From assembly GCA_964436045.1 (NCBI GenBank), contig CAYTBN010000006.1, forward strand, positions 48,300 through 112,299: a stretch of 64,000 nucleotides of DNA, given 5' to 3'. The notes under the pieces are model-generated. The model was not told the origin of the DNA. It was given only the letters and a program-made list of their open reading frames with translations, and did no database searches. This DNA comes from an uncultured Rickettsiales bacterium (GTDB lineage Bacteria > Myxococcota_A > UBA796 > UBA9615 > CAYRNR01). Position numbers and translations under genes: made by a program. How positions within the stretch are numbered: the stretch's first letter is position 1; each line of letters begins with the position of its first letter. Of this stretch, positions 17,629-28,005 are shown one piece after another.

Positions 17629-17764
17629 GGGAACCTCTCGGTCTGGGCCCACCGTAGCAGGGCCGCCGCGGCTCGAACAGCCCGCCAGCGGGTTCCCAAC
17701 GGTCCCTGGCGGGCGGTATGTTGGGAGGCGAGTTTCCAAGCGCGGCCGGTGATGGAGGGGAGGC

Positions 17765-18421
17765 ATGGACCTCAAGGTCCTGTTCCAGGAGTTCTGCCGT
17801 TCGATCGTGCGCAACCGCCACCTGGAGCTGGCGGAGCGCCACGGCGACTGGACCGGTGCGGTCAAGGCCACCCTGGCCCGGGTGGGCAAACGGCATGGTC
17901 ACGCGACCTTCCTCAACGACGACCGCCGCAAGTCCGGTTCCTATCTGTGGGACGTGGCGTGGTGCGTCGAGGATCGGGTGAGGCAGTCCTCGCCACCGTG
18001 CGGCGCGGGGATCGAGGGGCTGCGCTTCCCGGCACGGCCCTACCGGCGGCTGGTGGCCGCGGCCCAGGTGGAGTGGGGACGGCCCGGCCAGCGTCCGGAG
18101 ACCCAGGTCTTCCGCCAGAACCTCGAAGAGGTGTTCCGCGACTTCTACAAGCTGCTCGACGCCAAGTGCGAGATCAAGGTGATGGTGTATTCGTCCTGGC
18201 GATACCCGCGCCAGGGGGGTGGCACGGGCCTGTTCGTCCGGGGCTTCGAACAGCTCCTGGCGGACTATGCCAACCACCAGGCGGGCGAGAAGTACCTGTT
18301 CATCGAGTTCCACGACACCGTGCGGACCATCCACGGATACCAGTGCGCCGTACCCCGGCGTGGCCCGAGGCAGCTGGTCCTGTGCTCGGTGGGCCACCAC
18401 GGGTATCCGGGTACCTGGTAA
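17765..18421 (+). CDS. Hypothetical cytoplasmic protein (possible PD-(D/E)xK-like motifs)
   Basis: 218 aa with a strong GGAGGGGAGG SD. Motifs YLWDVAW, QVEWG and AKCEIKVMVY occur in the order expected for a nuclease-like core, but this is weak. Confidence 0.55.
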   Translation: MDLKVLFQEFCRSIVRNRHLELAERHGDWTGAVKATLARVGKRHGHATFLNDDRRKSGSYLWDVAWCVEDRVRQSSPPCGAGIEGLRFPARPYRRLVAAAQVEWGRPGQRPETQVFRQNLEEVFRDFYKLLDAKCEIKVMVYSSWRYPRQGGGTGLFVRGFEQLLADYANHQAGEKYLFIEFHDTVRTIHGYQCAVPRRGPRQLVLCSVGHHGYPGTW

Positions 18422-18498
18422 ATAATCGGGCCCCCCGCTCGTAGTACCGGTCGACGGCGCGGCCGCCGGGGGAGGTGTGCCGCCCGCGAGGAGTGACC

Positions 18499-19608
18499 AT
18501 GCCCAGGAAGAGGAAGAAGAAGGCCGACGACCGACCCCGCAGTGTCCGCGGTCGGCTCTGTTTCCCCGAGATTTCGCCCCGCGCCTACGAGCACCCCGCC
18601 GACCGGGCGGCCCTGGTCACCCTGCGCAAGATCCCGGGATTCGACCTGGTGCTGCGCAAGATCTTCGGCACCATCGGCGAGCGCTCGTTGCGGCTGATCC
18701 ACCTGGCATCCGCCGCCCGGGTTGGCCCCGACCAGTTCCCCGACCTGTGGGAGGACTACCTGGAGGCCTGCGAGATCCTCGGCATCGATGAGAAGCCGGA
18801 GCTGTACGTCTCCCAGACCCCCTTCGTCAACGCGGGCGCCGTCGGGGTCGACCGCCCCTTCGTGGTGATCAACTCGGCGATGATGATCCTGCTGGACCGG
18901 GACGAGCTGCAGGCGGTGCTGGGCCACGAGCTGGGGCACGTGCTGTCCGGCCACGCCCTGTACAAGACGATGCTGCGGCTGATGATCCGGCTGATGATCC
19001 TGGCGCTGCAGGTGCCGGTGGGCGGCGCCGTGCTGCTGACCATCATCACCGCCCTGCTGGAGTGGGACCGCAAGAGCGAGCTGTCCGCCGACCGCGCCGG
19101 ATTGCTGGTGGCCCAGGACCCGGACATCGCCTTCCGGGTGCAGATGAAGCTGGCCGGCGGCGGCCTGACCAAGCAGATGAACCTGGACGCCTTTGCCGCC
19201 CAGGCCGAGGAGTACGAGTCCTACGGCAACGTGCTGGACAGCGTGGCCAAGGTGCTCAACCTGATGGGCCGCACCCACCCCTTCCCGGTACTTCGTCTCA
19301 ACGAGTTGCGCCGCTGGATCGACGCGGGCGAGTACGACGCCATCGTGGGCGGCGAGTACGAGAAGATCACCGAGGACGACCGGGCCAGCGTCTACCAGGA
19401 GATCGTGCGCTCCGCGTCGTCGTACAAGGAGTCCGTCGAGCTCTCCACCGACCCCCTGATGGTCGCCCTGCGGCGCATGGGTGAGGGGGTCAGCGGCACC
19501 ACCCGCTCGGTCTACAACTGGGTGCGGGGTGGTGGCGAGGGCGAGGGCGAGGGCGAGGGCGAGGGCGAGGACGACGACGGCGATGCAGACGCGGGCGGGA
19601 CGGGATAG
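18499..19608 (+). CDS. M48-family zinc metallopeptidase
   Basis: ATG 18499 follows a GAGGAG SD. HELGHVLSGHALYK is the HExxH motif. The C-terminal tail is (GE)6-rich. Confidence 0.85.
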   Translation: MPRKRKKKADDRPRSVRGRLCFPEISPRAYEHPADRAALVTLRKIPGFDLVLRKIFGTIGERSLRLIHLASAARVGPDQFPDLWEDYLEACEILGIDEKPELYVSQTPFVNAGAVGVDRPFVVINSAMMILLDRDELQAVLGHELGHVLSGHALYKTMLRLMIRLMILALQVPVGGAVLLTIITALLEWDRKSELSADRAGLLVAQDPDIAFRVQMKLAGGGLTKQMNLDAFAAQAEEYESYGNVLDSVAKVLNLMGRTHPFPVLRLNELRRWIDAGEYDAIVGGEYEKITEDDRASVYQEIVRSASSYKESVELSTDPLMVALRRMGEGVSGTTRSVYNWVRGGGEGEGEGEGEGEDDDGDADAGGTG

Positions 19609-21098
19609 AGCCGGGTCTCGATGGGCCTCCCCGATTGCAGATCGTCCCACAGCGCACGTTCACAGGCCGAGTCCCTTGCCCCCCGCTGCACCCGTTCGAT
19701 GGTCCGGCGGGGTTCGGACTGGGTCAGATCGTGAAGCTGGGACGCGACCTGGCGGCTTTCGAAGAGACCCGCGACATCCACTGTGACGAGCACCGCCAAC
19801 GCGGCCAGCGCCGTCAGCATCCGCCACGGCAGCTGTTTCGCCCCCGGCTCCGTCACCTTGATCCTCGCCAGCGGGGCAGCCGACACCACCGCGAAGCCCA
19901 CACCCAGGATCACCGGCATGGCGATCATCCCGGTGGCCAGGTAACGCAGCTGCGGCAGGGTGTTGACGGTGTTGTACAGCGTCGCCAGGAACGGCAGCGT
20001 CGAGCACAGCAGGGCCGCGAGTGGCCACGGCCGGCGGGCAAGGGCCAGGCATGTCACCGCGAGCGCCAGCAGCGAGGGCGCCACCCAGGGTAATCCTTCG
20101 CGCCGCCAGACCTTGCCGAGCTCCTCGTGGCCATGGACCGGGTCGGGGACGCTGCGCGCCAGTTCCCACAGGAATCCCATCGCGGTCGGCAACTCCACCG
20201 GGGAACTGCGCCCCCAGACGAAGCCACGCTTTGACCGCTGGCGGGCGTCGGCCATCGACCACTGGTCGACGGTCTGGGTCCGGCGCACTGCCTCGTCGAC
20301 GTGGTTCCAGGCCTGGCCCTCCAGGCTCGCCGTGTGCTCGGGGAACGCGGACCGCGCCACCCACCACGATGCCACGATCGGGACCACGATCAGCGCGCAT
20401 CGCAGGGCGGCGCCGCGGACGCCCCGGGCTCGCATCGCCGCGGCCACCATCGCGGGTCCCACCAGCGCCACCGCCCACACCACGCCCCGGACGTCCATCA
20501 GCAACCCGAGGGCGATCCCCGTGCCGGCCAGGGCCGCGGGAGCGGGGCCCCGGAAGCGGAAGGTCGCGGCCACCCCCGCCGCGGCGAGCACGGAACAAGC
20601 GACGATCGCCGTGTAGAACGAGATGTCCCGGGGCAGGATCGCCAGCGGTCCCATCGCGCCGGTCAGCACCACCGCCGCGACGCCAGCGGTTGGACCCCAC
20701 ACCACCCGCCCCCACAGGTAGAGCGAGCCACAGATCACCATCGAGCCGAGCAGGGCGCTGATGGCGAGCGCATCGATCAGCCCAACGGAATCCACCACGG
20801 CCGCAGGTAGCCAGCCGGCGATCACCGAACGCGAGGTCATCAGCGTGCTGGGATCGCCGTGGGCCAGGACGTCGACGATCTGGCAGTACTGGGCGAAGTC
20901 GGACGACGTGATCGGATAGACGATCGCGAACCGTCGCGCGAACCCGAAGGCCAGCGCCAGGCCGCCGAGCACGCCACTCGCCAGGACCAGGGGCAGGTCG
21001 ACCCGGGTCCGCCAGGGCCCCGGAACCGCGTCTCCCCGCGGCACGAGGCGGGATGCCACGGCCAGGAACAGGAATAGCCAGGGGCCGAACGCCACCAT
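19512..21098 (-). CDS. Polytopic membrane protein (ArnT/PMT-like GT-C architecture, family not confirmed)
   Basis: 528 aa with more than 10 hydrophobic helices. The 3-prime end overlaps the convergent M48 gene by 97 nt. Confidence 0.65.
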   Translation of the reverse strand: MVAFGPWLFLFLAVASRLVPRGDAVPGPWRTRVDLPLVLASGVLGGLALAFGFARRFAIVYPITSSDFAQYCQIVDVLAHGDPSTLMTSRSVIAGWLPAAVVDSVGLIDALAISALLGSMVICGSLYLWGRVVWGPTAGVAAVVLTGAMGPLAILPRDISFYTAIVACSVLAAAGVAATFRFRGPAPAALAGTGIALGLLMDVRGVVWAVALVGPAMVAAAMRARGVRGAALRCALIVVPIVASWWVARSAFPEHTASLEGQAWNHVDEAVRRTQTVDQWSMADARQRSKRGFVWGRSSPVELPTAMGFLWELARSVPDPVHGHEELGKVWRREGLPWVAPSLLALAVTCLALARRPWPLAALLCSTLPFLATLYNTVNTLPQLRYLATGMIAMPVILGVGFAVVSAAPLARIKVTEPGAKQLPWRMLTALAALAVLVTVDVAGLFESRQVASQLHDLTQSEPRRTIERVQRGARDSACERALWDDLQSGRPIETRLYPVPPASASPSSSSPSPSPSPSPSPPPRTQL

Positions 21099-21108
21099 TA
21101 CGGAAGGA

Positions 21109-22878
21109 TCACCGCGGGCGGCGACGAACCGCCGCCAGGGTGATCAGCAGCAGCGCCCCGGCGATCCATGCTGGGACAACGTTGCCGCGCGCTGCGACCC
21201 GACAGCCGCGCCTCTCGTCGTCGGTCCCGGGCTTTCCGCTGTCCCCGCAGTCCGGATCGAGGCCGTCGATCTGGCCGTCGCAGTCATTGTCGAAGTGGTC
21301 GTCGCAGACCTCGTCCATCCCCGGGTTCACCTCGGGGTCCAGGTCATGGCAGTCGCCGTCGCAGTCCTCGAACCCGTCCCCGTCTTCGTCCGTGCAGCTG
21401 TTCCAGCCGAAGAACAGGTAGACCTGGCCGTCCAGGGGATCGCCGCCCTCGGCGTTGTGGATCGACGCGATCAGGAAGTCGTTGAAGCCGTCGCCGTTCA
21501 CGTCGCCACCCCCACCGACGTCGGCGCCCGAGCGGTCTCCGGGGACCTCGCCGTGGAAGCTGGCGAAGGGCTGGGGGTCTGTGTCGAGCAGGTCATCGCC
21601 ACCCAGGTACAGGTAGGTCTGTCCCGCTTCCTCGCCGTTCTCGCTGTTCATGAAAGCGCCCACCAGCAGATCGCCGATCCCGTCCCCGTTCACGTCCTCC
21701 AGGCAGGCCAGGTGGGAGCCGAAGTGGTCTTCCGGCTCCTCTCCCTCCAGCACGACAGCTGCCGAACCCAGGGGCTGGTCCATCTGCCAGCCGCGCGCCA
21801 TTCCGGGCACGACGTAGACTCGTCCGCTGGAACCATCGGGGTTCTCGTGCCCGAACGCGCTGACGACGACATCCGCCAGGCCATCGCCGGTCACGTCGCC
21901 GAGGCAGCCGCTGAAGCCCGACTGGTCGCTGTGGTCGGCGGGAGATCCCTGGCCGACGAAGGATGCGTCTGCGGTCGCCAGCGAGGAGTCCATCGACCAG
22001 CCGCCCGCGTTGCCGAGCAGCAGGTAGCTCTCCCCGGTGTTGTTCTCGCCAGCGTCGGCGCCGTCCGCGCCCAGAAGGAGATCGTTGAACCCGTCCCCGT
22101 CGACGTCGCCGCGGCCGCGCAGGGCTGACAGGTAGTCCTCGGCGTGCTCGGGCAGGAAGGACGCATCGGCCGCCGCCAGCGAGGTCTCCGGCGCCCACCC
22201 TTGCTGCCCACCGCTGAATAGGTAGACCTGACCGGCGCCGCTGCCGGCCTCGGAGCTGTACTCCGCGCCCACCAGGAAATCGTCGAACCCGTCCCCATCC
22301 ACGTCCCCCACGTCCCCCACGGTGGCGACGGTGTCGTAGGGATTCTCCCCCACGAACCACGCATCCGCGTTGTCGATGGTCACGTCCAGCACCCACCCGG
22401 CCGCCTTGCCCAGCACCAGATAGGCACACCCCGCTCGTTCGTGGCAGCCGGGCTCGGAGGCCAGGAAGTCGTCGAACCCGTCCCCGTTCACATCGCCGAC
22501 GATCGTCGCATGGGAACCCAGGTTTCCGTCGGGGGTGAGGCTGAGAAACGAAGAATCGGCCTGGGACAACGGCGTGTCCATCGCCCAGCCGCTGGCGTGA
22601 CCAAACACCACATAGAGCTTGCCGCCGCCGGCGACCACCTGGCTGTAGGGCGGCGCGCTGATCAGGATGTCATCGAACCCATCCCCGTCCAGATCGCCGT
22701 CGGCGGACACGCTGATGCCCGCATCCCCCTCCTCACCCAGGAAGGAGGCGCTGGCGTCGCTGAGCACGGTGTCCGGGGACCAGTTCGCGTGTCCACGAGG
22801 AGTCCATCCGACGCAGGCCAGGACCACGAGCGCGGAAAGGAAGTGGACGTTGCGTCGAATCATCTGCACCCGCCTCAT
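21109..22878 (-). CDS. FG-GAP/integrin-alpha-like repeat protein with a Cys-rich metal-binding-type motif and a MYXO-CTERM-like tail
   Basis: Signal peptide MRRVQMIRRNVHFLSALVVLACVG. GD(V/L)(D/N)GDGF(D/N)D repeats occur at least 7 times. Also present: CDDHFDNDCDGQIDGLDPDC and a tail GC...AGALLLITLAAVRRRPR. Confidence 0.85.
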   Translation of the reverse strand: MRRVQMIRRNVHFLSALVVLACVGWTPRGHANWSPDTVLSDASASFLGEEGDAGISVSADGDLDGDGFDDILISAPPYSQVVAGGGKLYVVFGHASGWAMDTPLSQADSSFLSLTPDGNLGSHATIVGDVNGDGFDDFLASEPGCHERAGCAYLVLGKAAGWVLDVTIDNADAWFVGENPYDTVATVGDVGDVDGDGFDDFLVGAEYSSEAGSGAGQVYLFSGGQQGWAPETSLAAADASFLPEHAEDYLSALRGRGDVDGDGFNDLLLGADGADAGENNTGESYLLLGNAGGWSMDSSLATADASFVGQGSPADHSDQSGFSGCLGDVTGDGLADVVVSAFGHENPDGSSGRVYVVPGMARGWQMDQPLGSAAVVLEGEEPEDHFGSHLACLEDVNGDGIGDLLVGAFMNSENGEEAGQTYLYLGGDDLLDTDPQPFASFHGEVPGDRSGADVGGGGDVNGDGFNDFLIASIHNAEGGDPLDGQVYLFFGWNSCTDEDGDGFEDCDGDCHDLDPEVNPGMDEVCDDHFDNDCDGQIDGLDPDCGDSGKPGTDDERRGCRVAARGNVVPAWIAGALLLITLAAVRRRPR

Positions 22879-22910
22879 CCGGATCGTATCACGGAGGGTG
22901 CGCGGGACCG

Positions 22911-23144
22911 TTACTCTTCCCCGTCCGCCAGCCAGACCTCTCCGCTGCTCAACATCACGAAGTCGACCTCGTCCAGGGGCCACCAGGGCTCGAGGCCGGG
23001 GTCGCCGTCGGTCCGGGCGAGGCGCCGCTGGAGGAGGGCGGCGGCGACGGCGCGGGCGACGAAGCGCTGGCGCTCGTCCGGGCCCACCTGGGCGTCGACG
23101 GCGTCGAGCAGTTTGGCGGGAAGGGGTATGCTCTCTCGCGGCAT
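22911..23144 (-). CDS. Ribbon-helix-helix (CopG/Arc-like) small protein
   Basis: 77 aa with very high GC3. MPRESIPLPAKLLDAVDAQVG..RQRFVARAVAAAL fits an RHH N-terminus. It lies 32 nt upstream of the FG-GAP gene. Confidence 0.6.
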   Translation of the reverse strand: MPRESIPLPAKLLDAVDAQVGPDERQRFVARAVAAALLQRRLARTDGDPGLEPWWPLDEVDFVMLSSGEVWLADGEE

Positions 23145-23156
23145 CGGAGTGGCTCG

Positions 23157-26100
23157 ATGGTGGCACGGGGTCCCGGAGGCGTCAATCGAGGTCCCGCGCA
23201 GGTGGCGGGGGGGGCGCGCTGGCTCGCTCCGGCGGCGGCGACGGCGCTGCTGCTGTGGGGGGGGATCTCCGGTGAAGCGGCCGGCAAGCGGGCCACGGAG
23301 CCGCTGGAGTACACCGAGTCGGGCGTGTTCGCGGTGGAGGAGGCGGCGTCCGAGCTGCGGGCGGTTCGCTTCGTGCTGGGGCCGGAGGAGGAGGCCGCCT
23401 GCGTCGAGGACCTGGTCAACGGCCACCTGGGGCTGGGGACCGCCGCCGACGTGTTCCTCGAGGGGCCGGCCGGTGTGCGGGTCAACCTGCTGTCGGGCAA
23501 CCTGATCTGGCGCCACGACTACCTGCCCCATGGCATGCCCGCCACCCACCTGGTCCTGCCGCTGACCTACAACGCCCAGGCCGACGTCGATCTGGAGGAG
23601 GTCCGCCTCAACGGTCTCCCCGACCGCTGGCGGTCCGGCGGCCAGCAGCGCCTGCGGCCCGGCGTCTTCGGCGTGATGGAGATCGTCGAGGACGACGGCT
23701 TCGTGCACGCGTTCTATGCCATGCGCGAGGGCGAGGTGCCGCAGCGCGACGATCTGATCGACGAGATCGTCGAGCGTCGTCGTTCCGGCACGGTCCCCGC
23801 CGGGGCTTCGATACCGAGCGGTGCGCGCTTCCGTCGGCGGCTGGAGCAGGACGACGCCTTCATGGCGGCCATGCGGATCCGCTTCCTGGGCGAGGGCGTC
23901 GGCGTCACGGGGGCCTACGTGTCCGAGGCGCGGGGGCACCAGCGCCTGGAGGTGGCCGACGACGGCCGCGCTACCCGGATCTTCGCCGACGGGACCGAGG
24001 ATCATTTCGACGTCCAGGGATGGCTCGTCTCGCGGATGCCCCTGGTCGGGGCTCCTGTGACCGTGACCCGCGAGCGGACGGGGATCCGGAGGCTCGATAT
24101 CGATCGCGGCCCGTCGCTCTCGCTGGAGCGGGACGGGGGCGGCCGACTGATCGGGGCGGTCGGCGGCGAGGGGCGGCGGCTCGAGGTGGTTCAGCACGGC
24201 GGCCGGCTGGCGGAGATCCGCGGGCCCGACGGCGACTGGTTGTTCGAGTACGACGAGCGCGACGGGATGCTGGTGGCTGTCTACGGGCCGCGGGATTGGG
24301 TCCGGATCCGGTACACGGGGGTCGATCACCGGGTGACGTCGTTCAGCGGTCCGGCGGGGCAGACGATCATCGCCTACGGGGCGCAGGCGGGCAGCTTGGG
24401 GGCGGCGGTCAGCGGTCCGCGGGGCGACTCGGAGGTCTCCTTCGACACCGTCACCATGGAGCGCACGATCCGCGATGAGCGGGGCGCGGCGGTGGTTCGC
24501 TTCGACGGTGGCGCCAACCGGCCGCTGGTGATCGGCGACCTGCGTCTGGCCTATGACACAGCCGGTCACCTGATCCGTGTGGAGGGCCCCGGTGGCAGCC
24601 TGGAGGTGACCACCGACGCCGCCGACCGGCCCACCGGGCTCCGAACGTCGGCTGGCGACGCCATCGATCTGGGCTTCACCGAAGCCGGCCTGCTGGAGTC
24701 GGCCCGCGACGGGGACGGGGTCACGGTCCGCTACCAGTACGACGCCCAGCGCCGCCTGAGCCGCGAGGAGGGAGCGCGCGGGGACCTGCGACTCGGGCGC
24801 AACTTGTGGGGCGAACTGGAACGGGTCACGTTCCCCGGCAGCGACGTCCTGAGGCTCGAGCGGGACGAGGCGGGGCGACTTTCGCGGATCGCAGCGCCGG
24901 GCGGGGCGGAGCTGACGCTGCGCTGGGACGCAGGTGACCGGTTGGCGGCGGCGCGCGCCTCCGGGGACCACGACGTGACCATCGATCGCGCAGCCGATGG
25001 CTCGCTGCGGGTGGTCGACTCGGACGCCAACGTCCTCACCTTTTCCATGGCCGACGCCTTGCGGCTGGGAGGTCTGGAGCGCAACTCGCCGGGGTTACGC
25101 GCGACCCTGACCGGCGACAGCGCGGGCACGGTGCTGGGGCTGTCAGCGGACGACGGGCTCCAGCTGCGGGCGCTCCACGAGGGAGGGCGGCTGGCGGGGC
25201 TCGAAGGCGGCCCGACGGGCGACCTGAAGTTGCTCCACGACGACATCGGCCTCACCCACATCGCGGACGCGGCGGAGGAGTGGGAGCTGGAACGCGACCG
25301 GGACAGCGGTCGCCCGATCCGCCTGCGCGGAGGGGGGGGGCTGGATCTGAGGCTCGGGTACGACGGAGCCGGGCGGCTGAATTCGCTGTCCCGGGGCGGG
25401 CGAACGGCCTACCAGGTGACGCGCGGTCCGTCGGGGCGGACCATATCGGTGGACGCGGCCAGCGGCCGGTCGGTGGCCCTGCGGCGGGAGGCCTCGGGGT
25501 ATGTCAACGAGGTGCTGGATGGTGAGCGGTCGATCTTGCGGGTGCGCCGCGACGACCGCGGCCGGGTGACCGCAGCGGCGGCGGGGGCCGGGGATCCCTG
25601 GTGGCTGGCCGTGGCGGCGGCTGGCTGGCCCTCGCGGATGGGGGCGCCAGACGGCCGCACCTGGACCCTGATCGCCGATGGGGAGGGGCGAGTGACCGCG
25701 GCCGAGTGGCCCGACGAGGCCACCGCCAGCTTCGACTGGACCGCCGCTGGCGCGCTGGGTTCGGTCCGCTGGCCTTCCGGCGCCTGGTACATGCTGTATG
25801 GCAGCGACGGTCGGCTGGCGCGCACCGAGGCACTGCTCGGTGGGCTGGTCGAGTACGAGAGCTTCGTCAGCGGGCTCGGCGTCTGGCGGGGCGGGGCCCT
25901 GGGCCGGGTCGTCGAGACCGACCCCCACGGCCGATACCGCCGGGCCGTCGACGGCGGGAGCAGCGCCACGCTCGACGAGGTGTCCCGGACCAGCGCCGGA
26001 TCCCTCGACGCCTGGCGGCGTCCCGGCGCCACCCTGCAGGTGTCCCACGACACCCACGGCCGGCCGATGGCGCTGCTGGACGACGGATTCGATCCGGTGG

Positions 26101-27263
26101 CGCTGGAGCTGGCCTACGGCATGGATGGCCTGCTGAGCGGGTGGACCCTCGACCCCCTGACCGGGGACATCGAGCGGGACGCCCTCGGCCGGCGCCTCGC
26201 CGGTTCGACCCCGGTGCTGCCGTTGTCGTCGCCACTCTCGCCCCTGTTCCGCCCGTCGACCCACGCGCCGCCGTCCAGCAATCTGGCCCAGGCGTTGCTC
26301 CACCCCTACCTGGCGCCGCCCTGGTCCCGTGGTGGCGGCGTCGCGCCCTGGCCTGGCACGTCCCAGTCGGCGTCGCTGGGCCCGCCGCTGCCGCGATGGG
26401 CCATCGATCGGCTCTGGGGAGACGCCGACGCCGGCTGGACAGCCGCGATTGCCGAGCCGCCCTGTGCCTCCGTCTCGGTGCCGGACCCGCGGGCCCCCGA
26501 GCGGGTGACCGTGCCCGGCGCCCTGGCGCTGCTGGGTTTCCTGCCCGACGACCTGTCGGAACACCGGGTGCTCGCGAGCCTGGCTGCGCCTGCGGTCACC
26601 GTGTCCTTCCCCGGCGCCGATGAGCTGCGCGCCCTGCAGCAGCTTCGCCACGTGGCGGCGGGAGGCCTGACCCTGGTCTCGGTGGAGAGCGAGGGCCGGG
26701 GTCTGGTGCTGCACCCCGAGCCACCCCCGGTCGGCCACCCCACCCCGTGGGCTGCTGTCGCAGATCCGCTGGCCCTGAGCCACCCGGCGTCCGAGGTGCT
26801 GGGGCTGTCGACCCTCGCCCCCGCGCCCGGGGCTGCCCACGCGCGAGCGCGGCGGTTCAGCGAGGTCGATCCGCTGACCGAGCGGCTGCGCCTGGCCCTG
26901 GACCAGGCGCGCTGGTGGTCACCAGTCCAGGGCCCGCTGCTGGGGCGCGGGGTCGGGGAGCCGCGTCCACTGGCGGGAGCCCTGTCCCCGTGGACGGCAT
27001 CGCGGGTCCAGGTCGTTGTCGATACCCGCGGACGGATCCGGGGCCTCGATCTGGGGGCCAGCGCGACCCAGGTCTGGAACCAGCAGGTGATCGAGGCGTT
27101 CTACGGCGGGGCGCTGGAGGGCCAGCCGTCTGGGGATCTGTCTCGCTTCGCACCCGTGTGGATCCCGTTACCCGGCGCCCCACCCTCGATCTCGCTGGGG
27201 CTGTACCCCGGAGCGGGTCGGCTGTGGCCTGATCGCACGGGAACGCTGCGGGTCTCCTGGTAG
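23157..27263 (+). CDS. Large YD/RHS-repeat-like protein
   Basis: 1368 aa. Recurrent xGxxxxYxYDxxGRLxxxxxPxG-type units, e.g. DWLFEYDERDGMLVAVYGP and VTVRYQYDAQRRLSREEG. The C-terminal ~400 aa are unrecognised. Confidence 0.75.
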   Translation: MVARGPGGVNRGPAQVAGGARWLAPAAATALLLWGGISGEAAGKRATEPLEYTESGVFAVEEAASELRAVRFVLGPEEEAACVEDLVNGHLGLGTAADVFLEGPAGVRVNLLSGNLIWRHDYLPHGMPATHLVLPLTYNAQADVDLEEVRLNGLPDRWRSGGQQRLRPGVFGVMEIVEDDGFVHAFYAMREGEVPQRDDLIDEIVERRRSGTVPAGASIPSGARFRRRLEQDDAFMAAMRIRFLGEGVGVTGAYVSEARGHQRLEVADDGRATRIFADGTEDHFDVQGWLVSRMPLVGAPVTVTRERTGIRRLDIDRGPSLSLERDGGGRLIGAVGGEGRRLEVVQHGGRLAEIRGPDGDWLFEYDERDGMLVAVYGPRDWVRIRYTGVDHRVTSFSGPAGQTIIAYGAQAGSLGAAVSGPRGDSEVSFDTVTMERTIRDERGAAVVRFDGGANRPLVIGDLRLAYDTAGHLIRVEGPGGSLEVTTDAADRPTGLRTSAGDAIDLGFTEAGLLESARDGDGVTVRYQYDAQRRLSREEGARGDLRLGRNLWGELERVTFPGSDVLRLERDEAGRLSRIAAPGGAELTLRWDAGDRLAAARASGDHDVTIDRAADGSLRVVDSDANVLTFSMADALRLGGLERNSPGLRATLTGDSAGTVLGLSADDGLQLRALHEGGRLAGLEGGPTGDLKLLHDDIGLTHIADAAEEWELERDRDSGRPIRLRGGGGLDLRLGYDGAGRLNSLSRGGRTAYQVTRGPSGRTISVDAASGRSVALRREASGYVNEVLDGERSILRVRRDDRGRVTAAAAGAGDPWWLAVAAAGWPSRMGAPDGRTWTLIADGEGRVTAAEWPDEATASFDWTAAGALGSVRWPSGAWYMLYGSDGRLARTEALLGGLVEYESFVSGLGVWRGGALGRVVETDPHGRYRRAVDGGSSATLDEVSRTSAGSLDAWRRPGATLQVSHDTHGRPMALLDDGFDPVALELAYGMDGLLSGWTLDPLTGDIERDALGRRLAGSTPVLPLSSPLSPLFRPSTHAPPSSNLAQALLHPYLAPPWSRGGGVAPWPGTSQSASLGPPLPRWAIDRLWGDADAGWTAAIAEPPCASVSVPDPRAPERVTVPGALALLGFLPDDLSEHRVLASLAAPAVTVSFPGADELRALQQLRHVAAGGLTLVSVESEGRGLVLHPEPPPVGHPTPWAAVADPLALSHPASEVLGLSTLAPAPGAAHARARRFSEVDPLTERLRLALDQARWWSPVQGPLLGRGVGEPRPLAGALSPWTASRVQVVVDTRGRIRGLDLGASATQVWNQQVIEAFYGGALEGQPSGDLSRFAPVWIPLPGAPPSISLGLYPGAGRLWPDRTGTLRVSW

Positions 27264-27300
27264 CGCGCGCCGACAGACTCCTGGGGCTATACTCCCCCGC

Positions 27301-28001
<701 letters not shown>

Positions 28002-28005
<4 letters not shown>

